DNA of 38,951 bases, from positions 1 through 38,951 of the forward strand of contig NW_025215104.1 of assembly GCF_004010195.1 (NCBI RefSeq), read 5' to 3'. The translations under genes and the position numbers were made by a program. The notes beneath the pieces were generated by a model. It was not told where the DNA came from and did not search any database. It saw only the letters and a program-made list of their open reading frames with translations. Positions 11,040-22,559 of the stretch are shown here, one piece after another (the stretch's first letter is position 1; each line of letters starts with the position of its first letter). This DNA comes from Chiloscyllium plagiosum (taxonomy: Eukaryota).

Positions 11040-11690
11040 AACAGCAGATGAATGGCTCAATGGTTTGTTTTTGAGGGGTACCTTATTTTACTTTATCTTC
11101 TGTATCTACAATAGTGAGGAGAGTGGCTGTTTTTTTGTTTATATGTTTTTGTTGCGGTCTATACCTTGATTAAACTTTTAATACCGAAGCTAGCCTGGAA
11201 CAGTATTTCTTTAGAGCAGTAAGACTGTGTTATTTTCTGGGTCTGTAGATTAAGGTGCAAAGATGGCCTTTATCAGAGTGATGCGCTTCACCTGTCTGAT
11301 ACAGACGTATAGACAGATTGGCTTAATCTCAATCATTGGGAAAATGTAAGAGATCATATTGAAGGATGTGGATACGGGATTTCACAAACTCCGCAAGGAT
11401 TGATGAAAGAGAAATCATGTTTTAAAAACATATTAGAATTCCTTGAAGACAAACTCAGAATAGATAAGGAATATTAAGTGGATGTAGTGCATTTGGATTT
11501 TCAGAAACATTTTGGAAATGTCCCATAATTTTTCACAATCAAAGCAATTGGGATTGGGGTAATATACTGACATGGACTGAGAATTCATTAACAAACAAAA
11601 AGCAGAATTTGTATTTTTGGGAGTGGAAGTAATGACGGGTGGGATACAATGAATCTCACAGCTTGGGTTCCAGCTATTCACCAATAGCTA
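11040..11690 (+). mobile_element. CR1 5' UTR/ORF1 start (~11040-11300) followed by a degenerate CR1 RT fragment
   Basis: atggcctttatcagagtgatgcgc..ctgtctg resembles a CR1 ORF1 start; gtggatgtagtgcatttggattttcagaaa (VDVVHLDFQK). Confidence 0.55.
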
Positions 11691-11746
11691 TGGTGATTTT
11701 GTTTTCATTCATGATAGTAAATACTGGAAAATACCTTGACACATAC

Positions 11747-12658
11747 TCAGTTCTTTTGTTTATTTATTAATTGGATAATCAACGTGACAGGATAGTTCAT
11801 CATCTCCCTGATTTGCTTTCTGAACTTCGATTGAGTTGCCACATAAATAAATGTGTTTGTGCAGCAATTTAAATTCGCCAGTGAAAGGCCAGCCATTGCA
11901 AATATAATTTCTGAGTTATTGTAATTTTTAAGGTATGTTCCATGAATATTATAATAAAAGAATTCTGTAACAAAAAACTAACTACAGAATTATGAAGGTG
12001 CCAGATATGGTCAAAAGTAAAATCACAGACTTTCTTCTGCTCTCCATCTCTGGGTCACTGGGATTCTCTCCTTTTACCTGACTCTTCAGTCCGTGACGGA
12101 TTTGACTGGACACTAAAATGTGTCTCACTGTCAGAGCATTGAGCAACAGAATTAAAGCATAAGGAAGCAAGGGTGTTAAAACCCTATCAAACCAATTAAA
12201 TCCAACCCATCCAGGCTCAATAAAATAATTTTCCTTTGGATACCAGAATCATGTAACGTTGGCAATGACCCGTTTTGGTTCATGTATAAAGTAGAAAGGG
12301 ACATTTTCAAAACAGAGCAGAATGCAGGTTATTGAGGGGATGACAGCTGCATTTTTCTTGGTACAATATTTCATCTTAAGGTTCTGGAAACAAATGGCAA
12401 TGAATCGATCAAAGGAGAAGGTGACTGTGAACCAGACAGAGCAGTCCATCGCTGCACGTAGCAGAACATTGTGAGCACTGCACACAGGGGTGAGGTCCAG
12501 GAAAGACACGGGGAAATAATATTGTTTAATCTGCCACAAAATAACTTCAGTGATTATAACAAATAGATGTGCTATTGCCATGGCCACAAGGTAATGACTG
12601 GTGCACGTTGAGAGGCCGCACTTGCCTCGGGAAAAGATGATAATTGCAAGTAAATTAA
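11747..12658 (-). pseudogene. GPR139/GPR142-family class A GPCR pseudogene, exon 2 (TM1 end to TM7)
   Basis: VNLLAIIIFSRGKCGLS..YLVAMA, SVWFTVTFSFDRFIAIC, DPEMESRRKS, NCCTNTFIYVATQSKFR. In-frame stops at 12249-12251 and 11982-11984 and a net frameshift before TM7. Acceptor tgttttcttatttctcatgcAG at 12659-12680; terminal TGA at 11747-11749. Confidence 0.9.
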
Positions 12659-12724
12659 CTGCATGAGAAATAAGAAAACAGGAAGCGTTACATTGCAAAT
12701 TGCATAAATTAGCAATTTTTTGAG

Positions 12725-13771
12725 ATGATTTGTAGCTCAGGTTGAGGTTGTGGTTGTAAGTTTTCTCGCTAAGCTGGAAGGTGTGTTTTCAGATGTTTCA
12801 AAACCATGCGGGGAAACATCATCAGTCATCATCTGGTAAAGTGCTTGTGTTATGTCCCACTTTCTATTTATGCTTCTTGGTTTCTCAGGGTAAGTGATAT
12901 TATTTCGGGTTCTTTTTTCTCAGAGTATGGTGGATGGGTTCAAATCGATGTGTTAACATTTGGAGTTACAGTTTGAATGCCATGCCTCTAGGAATTCTCG
13001 TGCATGTTTGTTTAGCTTGTCCTAGGATGGATGTGTTATTCCAGTCAAAGTGGTGTCCTTCTTCTTCTGTATGAAAGGATACTAGTGATAGTAGCTAATG
13101 TCTTTTTGAGGCTAGTTAGTCTTCTTGTATCCTGGTGGCTAATTTTCTGCCTGTTTATCCAATGTAATATTTGTTACAGTCCCTGCATGATATTCTGTAA
13201 ATGACATTGGCTTTGCTGGTTGTACCACCAGTGCTTCACCTGAGGTTCACGGATGATGTTACCTCGTATGCTGACAAAATATCTGAAAACAAATCTTCCA
13301 GCTCAGTGAGCAAACCTAGAACCAGAACAGCTGACAAAATGAACGTCATTTACAGAATATCACGCAGGGACTGTAACAAAACCTACATTGGACAAACAGG
13401 CAGAAATCTAGCCACCAGGATACATGAATATCAAATTACCACAAAAATATATGACGCACTATCACTAGTACCTTTTCATACAGACGAAGAAGGATACCAC
13501 TTTCACTGGGACAACATATCCATCCTTGGACAAGCTAAACAGAGATACACATGAGAATTCCTAGAGCCATGGGACTCGAACCAGAACTCCATCAATTAAC
13601 ACATCAATGTGGAGTCCAAGTACCAGAATCTGAGAAAAAGAACCAAAAATGGCATCACCCACCCTAAGAAACTAAGAAACATAAATAGAAAGCACATCAG
13701 TGGAGGCTGACTGATGATGTTGATGAAGTGTCTGAACACAAAACCATCCAGCTCAGCGAACAATCTTACAA
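12725..13771. mobile_element. Penelope-like element (Poseidon-type) 3' end with inverted duplication, in the GPCR intron
   Basis: ORF 13201-13554 GIY-YIG (NVIYRI..DCNKTYIGQTGRNLATRIHE...YHFHWDNISILG); 12755-13223 is the reverse complement of 13326-13771. Confidence 0.85.
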
Positions 13772-14221
13772 AATGTTTGAATACATCTCTGAATATGATT
13801 AAACAGTGTGGATAGTTTTGTTTAGCACAAATAAAAGTTAGAATTTCCTGTATATTTTTCTTTTGTGGGTTCACAGGTACCTCCAAATGTATTGTATAAT
13901 TGACACATTGCGGGATAGTATTCAAATGACCAAGACTGAGAGTCTCCAGCAACTCAAATCCTCCCCGAATGATGCCTCTCCCCATTTTCAGGCAGTTCAC
14001 AAGGTTTCTTGTCCCATGACAGGTTTGGAGCCTGGAGAGATTTAGACACTATGTATGATTGGACTGGATCCGTATATCAGACTCAACTGAGAGACAGAAA
14101 CAGACCATTTGTGTTCCTGTCCAGTGACTGGTACCAGAAATCTCCTCATTTTGGGCTTGCCAAGTGGCATATTCCCCTCAGGATTAATACTCCTAAACTA
14201 GATCCTAGCTCCCAGAAGCAG

Positions 14222-14320
14222 TAGTGATGCAGAGTCACACTGGACCCGAAATGTTAACTCTGTTTCTTCCTCCTGGAATGCTGCCTTATCTATTGAATTT
14301 TTCCAGTGTTCTCTGTGCTG
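14222..14320 (+). mobile_element. Degenerate PLE terminal fragment
   Basis: tgatgcagagtcacactggacccgaaatgttaactctgtt...atgctgcc..ttttccag resembles other PLE ends; similar remnants at ~30630-30700 and ~37525-37600. Confidence 0.5.
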
Positions 14321-14518
14321 GCACGATCAAGCACATTTCACATTAAGAAACAGATCCCTCCATGTGTCTTGGGTCTGACAGCGATTCCCATCTCAGGGAT
14401 CAGAACTCAATCAAGAACAGGAAACTACTCCTGTCAGACTTGAGAAACAGACACTCTCTCCTGAAGATGTGTGTATCACGAGAACACTGATGTCATGTGT
14501 GACAATTCACTAAATTGT

Positions 14519-14741
14519 GGGCGGCATGGTGGCACAGTGGTTAGCACTGCTGCCTCATAGCGCCAGAGATCCGGGTTCAATTCCCGCCTCCGGCGACTGA
14601 CTGTGTGGAGTTTGCACGTTCTCCCCGTGTCTGCGTGGGTTTCCTTAAATGTAGGGGTATGGGTGGGTTGCGCTTCGGCGGTTCGGTGTGGACTTGTTGG
14701 GCCGAAGGGCCTGTTTCCACACTGTAAGTAATCTAATCTAA
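14519..14741 (+). mobile_element. HE1-type tRNA-derived V-SINE with an internal deletion
   Basis: A box tggcacagtgg, B box ggttcaattcc, V-domain tgtgtggagtttgcacgttctccccgtg, taatc tail; lacks the middle part present in 36766-37081. Confidence 0.9.
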
Positions 14742-15023
14742 ATACTGTTACTTCAATCAAATTGCTCAGACATATCTCCAGTACGGGTGGAACTTAAACA
14801 CAGTCCATGTGGGTCAGAGTTGGGGACAGTACACCACAAGGGTTCTAACAAACCAAACTTAAAGCACAAATACATTCAAAATGTTTGACTTAATAAATTA
14901 CATCAATGTCCGAGTGTCTGTATAATTGTGAGCACGAGATCCAAAAGTAGCATCATCCTTCACAAAGTGCAGAGAGAAACTCTTGATCATTTTTACAAAA
15001 CCTCAGCAGCTTACGACACTTTC

Positions 15024-15090
15024 CAGGAAGGCTAATGATAGCAAGAATCACATGGAATAGTTTATCGATAATTCCAAATGTTTCAAGCAT
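15024..15090 (-). pseudogene. Exon 1 of the GPR139-like GPCR pseudogene
   Basis: ATG at 15090-15088 gives MLETFGIIDKLFHVILAIISLP plus one G. This is phase 1 and joins exon 2 as G|TT AAT (Val-Asn). The donor reads GAAAGT instead of GTAAGT. Confidence 0.75.
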
Positions 15091-15869
15091 TTCCTCTGTC
15101 AAGTGATATGTGCTTTTGTGCTGCGATCAATCTCTCTGCATCAAACGCGAATGTCTCACGTTTCCAAGCCCAATACATTATGCCATGGGGATCGCCTGGG
15201 GATTTTGAGGTTGCAACACTGTTCACATTAGTGCTTCTCTGAACTGTAAACATACAGATTATGACAATGCTCATTAAGTGCTTGTGTAAATATATATTTT
15301 TTTCTAAAATTCAGTTTTAATTTTGGACAATTCTGATCACATTACTTCATGAAATCAGAAGCTTTATTCGAGAAGCAATATTGTCTTCCACTCACACATT
15401 CCCATGTCTAAATCTGATAGTGTTCCTAAGATATACTTCTCTGGAGAATACTCACTCAGTGAGCTGGATAACTGGTTTGCAATGTAGAGGAAATACAGTT
15501 CCCAAACTAGCTGAAGGTACCATGAAGGACTTTCCTTCTCACCTCACCGGGATGTGATGACCCCCCAGGTTTGATTTGATATATTGTTATGCGTGCCTAA
15601 GTACAATGAAAATCATTATTTACGAGTAGTAGAGGAGATCAGAGTAAGCAAAGGCTTACACCATAGGGCAGAAAAAATACTTGCACACTGTAATTTTAAA
15701 AAATATAGAATTTAAGTTCGAAAATGTCGAATGACCATAAGAAATGTGAGAATTTTATCTGCTGTTGGGAGTTCACAAGGACCAGGCCGGTGTCAGTGCC
15801 ATCTTGAATTCTTTTAAACTCACTACGAGTTGCCCCTCTCCCATGAGAAAGTGATATGTGTCCATTTGC

Positions 15870-17010
15870 AACCATGGCTACAGATATATCTCCAATAATC
15901 AACAATGGGAGGAGGCAAATACATTCATTCAACGACAAGACTGAACACGTTCACAAATCACGTCAGACCGAAATGCTGATGGTCTTGATCCATCTTGGCC
16001 TTCTCAATTAGACAAAGGCTGTTGATCTGACCACATCCCAGCAACAGGACAGATGACATGTGCTCCAGAACATCCTACACCCTTAGTCAAGCAGTTGCTG
16101 CTGAGCTACAGCACTGACATCTAACTGAGAGTGTGGAAAATTGCCCACGTATGTGGTGTACTAAGAGCAGAACAAAATCAGCCCAGCCAATTACCGCTCC
16201 ATCAGTCGACTTGTGGTCATCAATAATGTGATGAAAGAGGTCATCAACAGTGCTACCAAGCGGTTTCTGCTCAGCAATAACCTGCTCAGTGACGCACAGT
16301 TTGGGTTTCCCCAGGGCCACTCAGATATTGACCTCATTACACCCTCAGTTCAAACATAGAGAAAAAAAGTTGATTCCAGATGTAGCATGAGTATGATTCT
16401 GCTTAACATCAAAGCTGCATTTGACTAAGTGTGACTTCAAAGGGCCTGAGCATGTCTGGAGTCAATGGAAATCGAGTAAATCTCTCCACTGGCTGGAGTC
16501 GTAACTGGCACAAAGGAAAAGATCGTAATTGTTGATGGTCAGTCACCTTAACTGCAGAACATCTCTGCAGGAGTTCCTCAGCAGACTGTCCTTGGTCCAA
16601 ACATCTTCAGTAGTTTTTCTAAAGTACTTCCCTCCATCATGAGATCTATTAGCCACTGCATGCACAACGTTCAACAGCCTGTGGGATTACCCAGATGCTG
16701 AAAAAGTCCATGCCCAAGTTCAATAAAACCTGTGTAATATCCACGACTGGGATGAAACACTGCAGAGAACATTCATGTCAATAAATGCCGGACTATGATA
16801 ATCTCGAAAAGCAGAGAATCAAACCATCATCATTTGATTTTCAATATGGTTCCCATTGCTGAATCCTCAAGTGTCAACATTTTGGGGTTACCATTAACTA
16901 GAAACTGAACTGGACTAGCCATATCAACACAATAATGACAGACCAGGTCAGAGTCTAAGAATCCTGTAGTGAACATCTCACTGAATCTTTGACTTGAAGT
17001 CATCAGCATA
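15870..17010 (+). mobile_element. Old CR1/L2-group LINE ORF2 (RT) fragment
   Basis: WKIAHV, PANYRSIS, AQFGF, IKAAFD.V, AGVPQQTVLGP motifs with many stops; same family as 29090-30005(-). Confidence 0.7.
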
Positions 17011-17608
17011 GCCCAAACCGCAAGGCATGGTTGTTGGCAGGTCATTTGTCTAAATATTGAACATGTGCTTGATCAGCCCTGTGTCAGTGCATTGTTCAGT
17101 CTGCCCCATGTACTTCCTATTTGTTACAGAGTCAAAGCGTCATAGAGATGTACAGCACGGAAACAGGCCATTTGGTTGAACTCATCCATGACCAAAAGAT
17201 ATCCCAAATTAATCTTGTCTATTTGCCAGCATTTGGCCCATATCCCTCTAAGCCCTTCATATTCATATATCCATCCAGATGCTTTTAAAATGTTGTAATT
17301 GTATTAACCTCTACCGCTTCTTCTGGCAGCTCATTCCATGCACGTACCTCCCTCTGCATGACAAGGCTACCTCTTGGATGCCTTTTAAATCTTTCCTCTT
17401 TCACCTTAAACCTATGCTCTCTCGTTTTGGACTCCTAACCCCCGGGAAATAGACCTGAGCTTCTTACCCAGTACAAGCCCCTCATGATGTTATAAACATC
17501 AGTAAGATCATCCCTCAGCCTCCAACGCTGCAGGGAAAATAGCCCCAGCCCATTCAGTCTCTCCCTGTTACTCAACCCTCCAGGCATGGCAAATCCTTCA
17601 TGAATCGT

Positions 17609-17912
17609 TCCGGTGGCTCAGTGGTTAGCACTGCCACCCTACAGCAGCAGGGTCCCTGGTTCGATTCCAGCCTCGGGCGACTGATGTTTGGAGTTTGTAC
17701 ATTCTCCCCGTGTCTGCGTGGGTTTCCTCCGGGTGCTCCGGCTTTCTCCCACAGTCCAAAGATGTGCAGGTCAGGTGAATTGGCCATGCTAAATTGCCCA
17801 TACTGTTAGGTACATTAGTCGGAAGGAAATGGGTCTAGGTGGGTGGCTCTTAGGAGGGTCTGTGTGGACTTGTTGGGCCGAAGAGCCTGTTTCCATAGGA
17901 AATCTAATCTAA
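17609..17912 (+). mobile_element. HE1-type SINE
   Basis: ggtggctcagtggttagcactgc, B box ggttcgattcc, V-domain, aatctaatctaatc tail. Confidence 0.9.
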
Positions 17913-18040
17913 TCATTCTTATAGAAGGGAAACAGAATTGCATGCAGTATCCCAAAAGTGGTCCAAGCAATGTCCTGTGCAGTGTCAGCATGATCTCCCA
18001 ACTCCTTATCTTCAATGCAGTGACTTTTAAAGGCTAGCAT

Positions 18041-18705
18041 TCCTCGGCAATGCGGAGGAGACCACCGTGAATTATTGAAGATTGTGGGAACAGCACAATA
18101 GGCCGTCCACTCCAGACTGGCCACTCTTTTTTACTTCTCTCCGGTTCTGTCCACTTGATTCTTACTTCCCCTCTGACGTTCTTTAGAGGGGCAACAGTGA
18201 CGATGGCATCGTGGGAATTGTGGCAGCAGCCGGACTCCCGAGCTGTGGTGTCATCTGGATATCTGGTGCATGGAATTGGCTGTGGGTTTGAGCCCAACAT
18301 GGTCAGAGCCAGCCCGAAGTATCGATGAAGGATGCCCCTCCCCACCCCCGACATTGATGGCATCGACAGCGGGAAGACAGAAATTTCTCAGAGACTGGGC
18401 CAAAATGTTGGCGATTAAACCCTCACAGGAATTGCACTTAAGAAAGAATGTTAACCTTTATTCTATTTTTTCCCATTTAACACTATAGGGGACTGAAATG
18501 TTAACATTTAACTTCATTCCTTTTTTTTTTACTATTGGTAAGACTTTTGGTTTTATTTTTGATTTTGTACCTGAGTTTTGTACCTAGGTACTTTCATACC
18601 TTAGATGGTGCTATATTTGGTGACATTGAACACGTTTCACTGTACTCCTGTAGTTCTGTAGTTGAGGACAATTGACAATAAAGTTTAAATATAAAGATAA
18701 ATCAA
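18041..18705 (+). mobile_element. Unclassified non-autonomous retroelement with a Rex/Babar-like 3' end
   Basis: Interrupts the CR1 between aggctagcat and accaaac; ends tttcactgtactc...tgacaataaa, like 23307-23340. Confidence 0.5.
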
Positions 18706-19452
18706 ATACCAAACAGCGTCTTTACTAGCTTCTGTCTACCTGTGAGCCCACTTTCAAACATCTCTGAACCTGTAATCCAAGGTCTCTTTGTTCAACAACA
18801 CTCCCCAGGACCTTCCCATTAAGTGCAGAAGCCCTGCCCTGATCTGCCTTTCCAAAATACAGCACCTCACATTTACCTAAATTAAACACTTTCTGCATTC
18901 CTCAGTACACCTGCCATCTGAAAAAGATACGGTTGTACTTTGAGATAACCTTCTTGGCTGCTACATCACCATCAAGTTTGGTAATATCTGCAAACTTATT
19001 AACCATCCGTCCTCAGTTCATATCTAAATCATTTATATAAATGCCAAAATAAAAATGAACCGAGCACCCATCGTTGCAGGACACCGCTAGTCTCAGGTCT
19101 CCAGTCTGAAAAGTAGCCCTCTACCACCAGCCTCTATTTACTACCTTCGAACCAATTCAGTATCCAAATGGCTAGTTCCATCTGCATTCCATGTGATCTA
19201 ACCTGGCTAACCAGTCTCCCATGCAGAACCTTGTCAAACGCCTTACTGAAGTTCATATGGATATGTTCAACATTCTGCCCTCATAAATCCTCTTCATTAC
19301 TTCAAATAAAATCAATGACATTAGTGAGACAAGTTTTCTTACAAAGCCATGTTGTCTATACATAACCAGTCCTTGCCTTTCCAAATACGTATCAATCCTG
19401 TCCATCAGGAACCCCTCCAACAAATTGCCCACCACCGATGTAAGGTTCACTA

Positions 19453-20479
19453 GTCACATGGTTTTGTGAAGGGCAGGTCGTGCCTCACAAACCTTATTGA
19501 ATTCTTTGAGAAGGTGACTAAGGAGGTGGACGAGGGGAAAGCGGTAGATGTGGTGTATATGGATTTTAGTAAGGTGTTTGATAAGGTTCCCCATGGTAGA
19601 CTACTGCAAAAAATACGGAGGTATGGCATTGAGGGTGAGTTGGAGGTCTGGATTAGGAGTTGGCTGGCTGGAAGAAGACAGAGGGTAGTAGTTGATGGCA
19701 AAGGTTCATCTTGGAGTGCAGTTACTAGCGGTGTTCCGCAAGGATCTGTTTTGGGACCATTGCTGTTTGTCATTTTTATAAATGACCTGGAAGAGGGGTT
19801 AGAAGGTTGGGTGAGCAAGTTTGCAGATGATAAGAAAGTCGGAGGAGTTGTTGACAGTGAGGAAGCACGTGGCAGGTTACAGCAGGATATAGAGAAGCTG
19901 CAGAGCTGGGCAGAAAGGTGGCAAATGGAATTCAATGTAGCTAAGTGTGAGGTGATTCACTTTGGGAAGAATAACAAAAAGATGGGGTACTGGGCTAATG
20001 GTCGGATACTTGGTAGTGTGGATGAGCAGAGGGATCTTGGTGTCCATGTACACAGATCTCTGAAAGTTGCCACCCAGGTAAATAGTGCGGTGAGGAAGGC
20101 ATATGGCGTACTGGCTTTTATTGGTAGAGGAATTGAGTTCCGGACTCCTGAGGTCATGATGCAGTTGTATAAGACTCTGGTACGGCCGCATCTGGAATAT
20201 TATGTGCAGTTTTGGTCGCCATACTATAGGAAGGATGTGGAGGGGGGGGTAGGTATAGGACAGATGTTAGGGGTACGTTCTTTACTCAGCGAGTCGTGAG
20301 TTCATGGAATGCCCTGCCAGTAGCAGTGGTGGACTCTCCCTCATTTTGGGCATTTAAGCGGTCATTGGATAGGCATATGGAGGATAGTGGGCTAGTGTAG
20401 GTTAGGTGGGCTTGGATCGGTGCAACATCGAGGGCCGAAGGGCCTGAACTGCGCTGTATTCTTCTATGTTCTATGTTCT
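19453..20479 (+). mobile_element. Young 5'-truncated CR1 (RT domain plus (tatgttc)n tail) with an internal deletion near 20240
   Basis: Open 277-aa frame 19466-20299 with GRSCLTN, YMDFSK, SGVPQGSVLGP, FADD, RPHLEY; tail ctatgttctatgttct. Confidence 0.93.
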
Positions 20480-21467
20480 CGTCTATAGTTCCTGGACGTT
20501 TCATAACCACTTTTATTAAATATTGGCACCACGTTAGCCAACCTCCAGTCTTCTAGCACCTCACCTGTGGCTATCTATGACACAAATAGCTCAACAAGGG
20601 GCCCAGCAATCTCATCTTTAGCTTCCCGCATAGATCGAGGTACACCTGGTCAGACCCTGGGAATTTATTCACCTTTATGCGTTTTAAGATGCCCAGCACT
20701 TCCTTCTCTGTCATATGGACATTTTTCAAGATGATGTTATTTATTCCTTCATGTTCTATATCTTTCATATACCTTTCCATAGTAAACACTGCTGCAAAAT
20801 ACTCATTAAATATCACCCGATAGCCTGCAGTTACACACAAAGGCAGTCTTGTTGATCTTTAAGTCACTCTATTCTTGCTGAGTTGCCATTTAATCCTTAA
20901 TTCATTTGTAGACTCTTTTGGATTCTCCTTAACCTTATTTGCCAAGGCTATCTCATGTTCCCCTTTTGCTCTCCTGATTTTTCAATTTCTCTCGTCACCC
21001 AGCATCCCAAACACGTACCAGCCTTTCCTTTCACCCTATCAGGAACACACTGTCTCTGAACTCTTGTTGTCTCATTTTTGATGTTATCCCATTTTCCAGT
21101 CATCCCTCTTACTTAAGAATATCCGCCTCGATTCATTTTTTGAAAGTTCTTACCTGACACCATCAAAATCGGCCTTCCTCTAATTTAGACCTTTAACTTT
21201 TCCATCCAGTCTATGCTTTTTCATGATTATTTTGAAACGAATAGAATTATGATCACTGGCCCAGAAGTGTTTCCTCACTGACATCTTAGTCACCTACTCT
21301 GCCTTATTTCCCAAAAATAAGTGAAATGTTGCATCTTCGCTGGGAGGTACATTGACATAGTGAATCAAAAAACGTTCTTCTTCACACTAAACAAATTTCT
21401 CTCTACACGACGACAGACACAATCTATGTTTGGAAAGTTAAAATACCCTGCCATTACCATTCTATTT

Positions 21468-21800
21468 AGGTAAAAACAATGACTGCAGATGCTGGAAACC
21501 AGATTCTGAATTAGTGGTGCTGGAAGAGCACAGCAGCTCAGGCAGCATCTGAGGAGCAGTAAAATCGACGTTTCGGGCAAAAGCCCTTCATCAGGAATAA
21601 AGGCAGAGAGCCTGAAGCGTGGAGAGATAAGCTCGAGGAGGGCAGGGGTGGGGAGAAAGTAGCAAAGAGTACAATAGGTGAGTGGGGGAGGCAGGCGTCT
21701 GTTGGTGAGGGAGCGGCGGTGAAGGAGGCCCAGGACCTCCATGTCCTCGGCAGAGTGGGGGGGAGAGTTGAAATGTTGGGCCACAGGGCGGTGGGGTTGT
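21468..21800 (-). mobile_element. Neptune-type PLE 3' fragment with an intact hammerhead-like core
   Basis: AQHFNSPPHSAEDMEVLGLL (EN C-terminus) followed by the PLE terminal sequence. Confidence 0.85.
21563..21598 (-). ncRNA. Minimal type-I hammerhead ribozyme-like motif
   Basis: Minus strand AUUC-CUGAUGA-A-GGGC-UUUU-GCCC-GAAAC-GUC-GAUU: complete catalytic core, 4-bp stem II, palindromic ACGU in place of stem III; stem I is weak. Confidence 0.65.
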
Positions 21801-22332
21801 TTTGTCAGATTGATAACTGAGACATCCTTATATATTTAAATCTCAAATTCCTGCTGACTCTTGGGGGGCGGGGGGTCTATAATATAATCCTAATAAGTGA
21901 TTATCTTTTTCTTATTTCTCAGTTCCACCCAAAATAACTTTCCTGGACCCACTCTTAGAAATATCCTCTCTACGTACAGTGGTAACATTATTCCCAGTTA
22001 AAAATGACACTCTCCCTCCTTTCTTGCCCCCTTTTCTATCCTTCGTATAGCATTTATATCCAGAAATATTAAGCTACAAGTACTGTCCATTCCTGAGCCA
22101 CATTTCTGTAATTGATATGATATCCCATTCTCGTGTTCCTCACCATGGCCTGAGTTAATCTGCCTTTCCTGTTAAATTAAACTCCATTTCCCTCAATACA
22201 AGAGAATTGTTAATCCAATCTCATTCTCTGTTTTGTTTTGCTGCCTATACTGATTGTTTGACTTGCTCCTTTTCTTAACTGCACCAATCTCAAACTGATC
22301 TTTTTCCTTACTATCTCCCTGGCTCCCGTCCA

Positions 22333-22461
22333 AAGGAGAAAGTGAGGTCTGCAGATGCTGGAGATCAGAGCTGGAAATGTGTTGCTGGAAAGGCGCAGCA
22401 GGTCAGGCAGCATCCGGGGAACAGGAGAATCGACGTTTCGGGCATAAGCCCTTCTTCAGGA
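22333..22461 (-). mobile_element. Short PLE terminal element with hammerhead-like motif (22428-22461)
   Basis: Minus strand CCUGAAGAAGGGCUUAUGCCCGAAACGUCGAUUC followed by the shared PLE tail. Confidence 0.8.
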
Positions 22462-22559
22462 GCCCTTACTGGTTTAATTTCTCCAGAGCACCTCCAGCAA
22501 ATCTCCCTGCCAGTATAATGGACACCTTCCACTTCAGATGAAAACTGTTCTTATTAAAA

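Noticed and set aside
12249..12698. Functional short single-exon GPCR
   Set aside because: The ORF start lies in the intron, and the frame is cut by premature stops in a longer 7TM pseudogene
14519..14590. tRNA genes at SINE heads (also 17609 and 37010-37081)
   Set aside because: The A/B boxes continue into the V-domain and LINE-like tail, so these are SINE heads and not tRNAs
19466..20299. Intact or domesticated reverse-transcriptase gene
   Set aside because: Simply a young 5'-truncated CR1: no real start codon, no endonuclease, and an internal deletion that frameshifts the C-terminus
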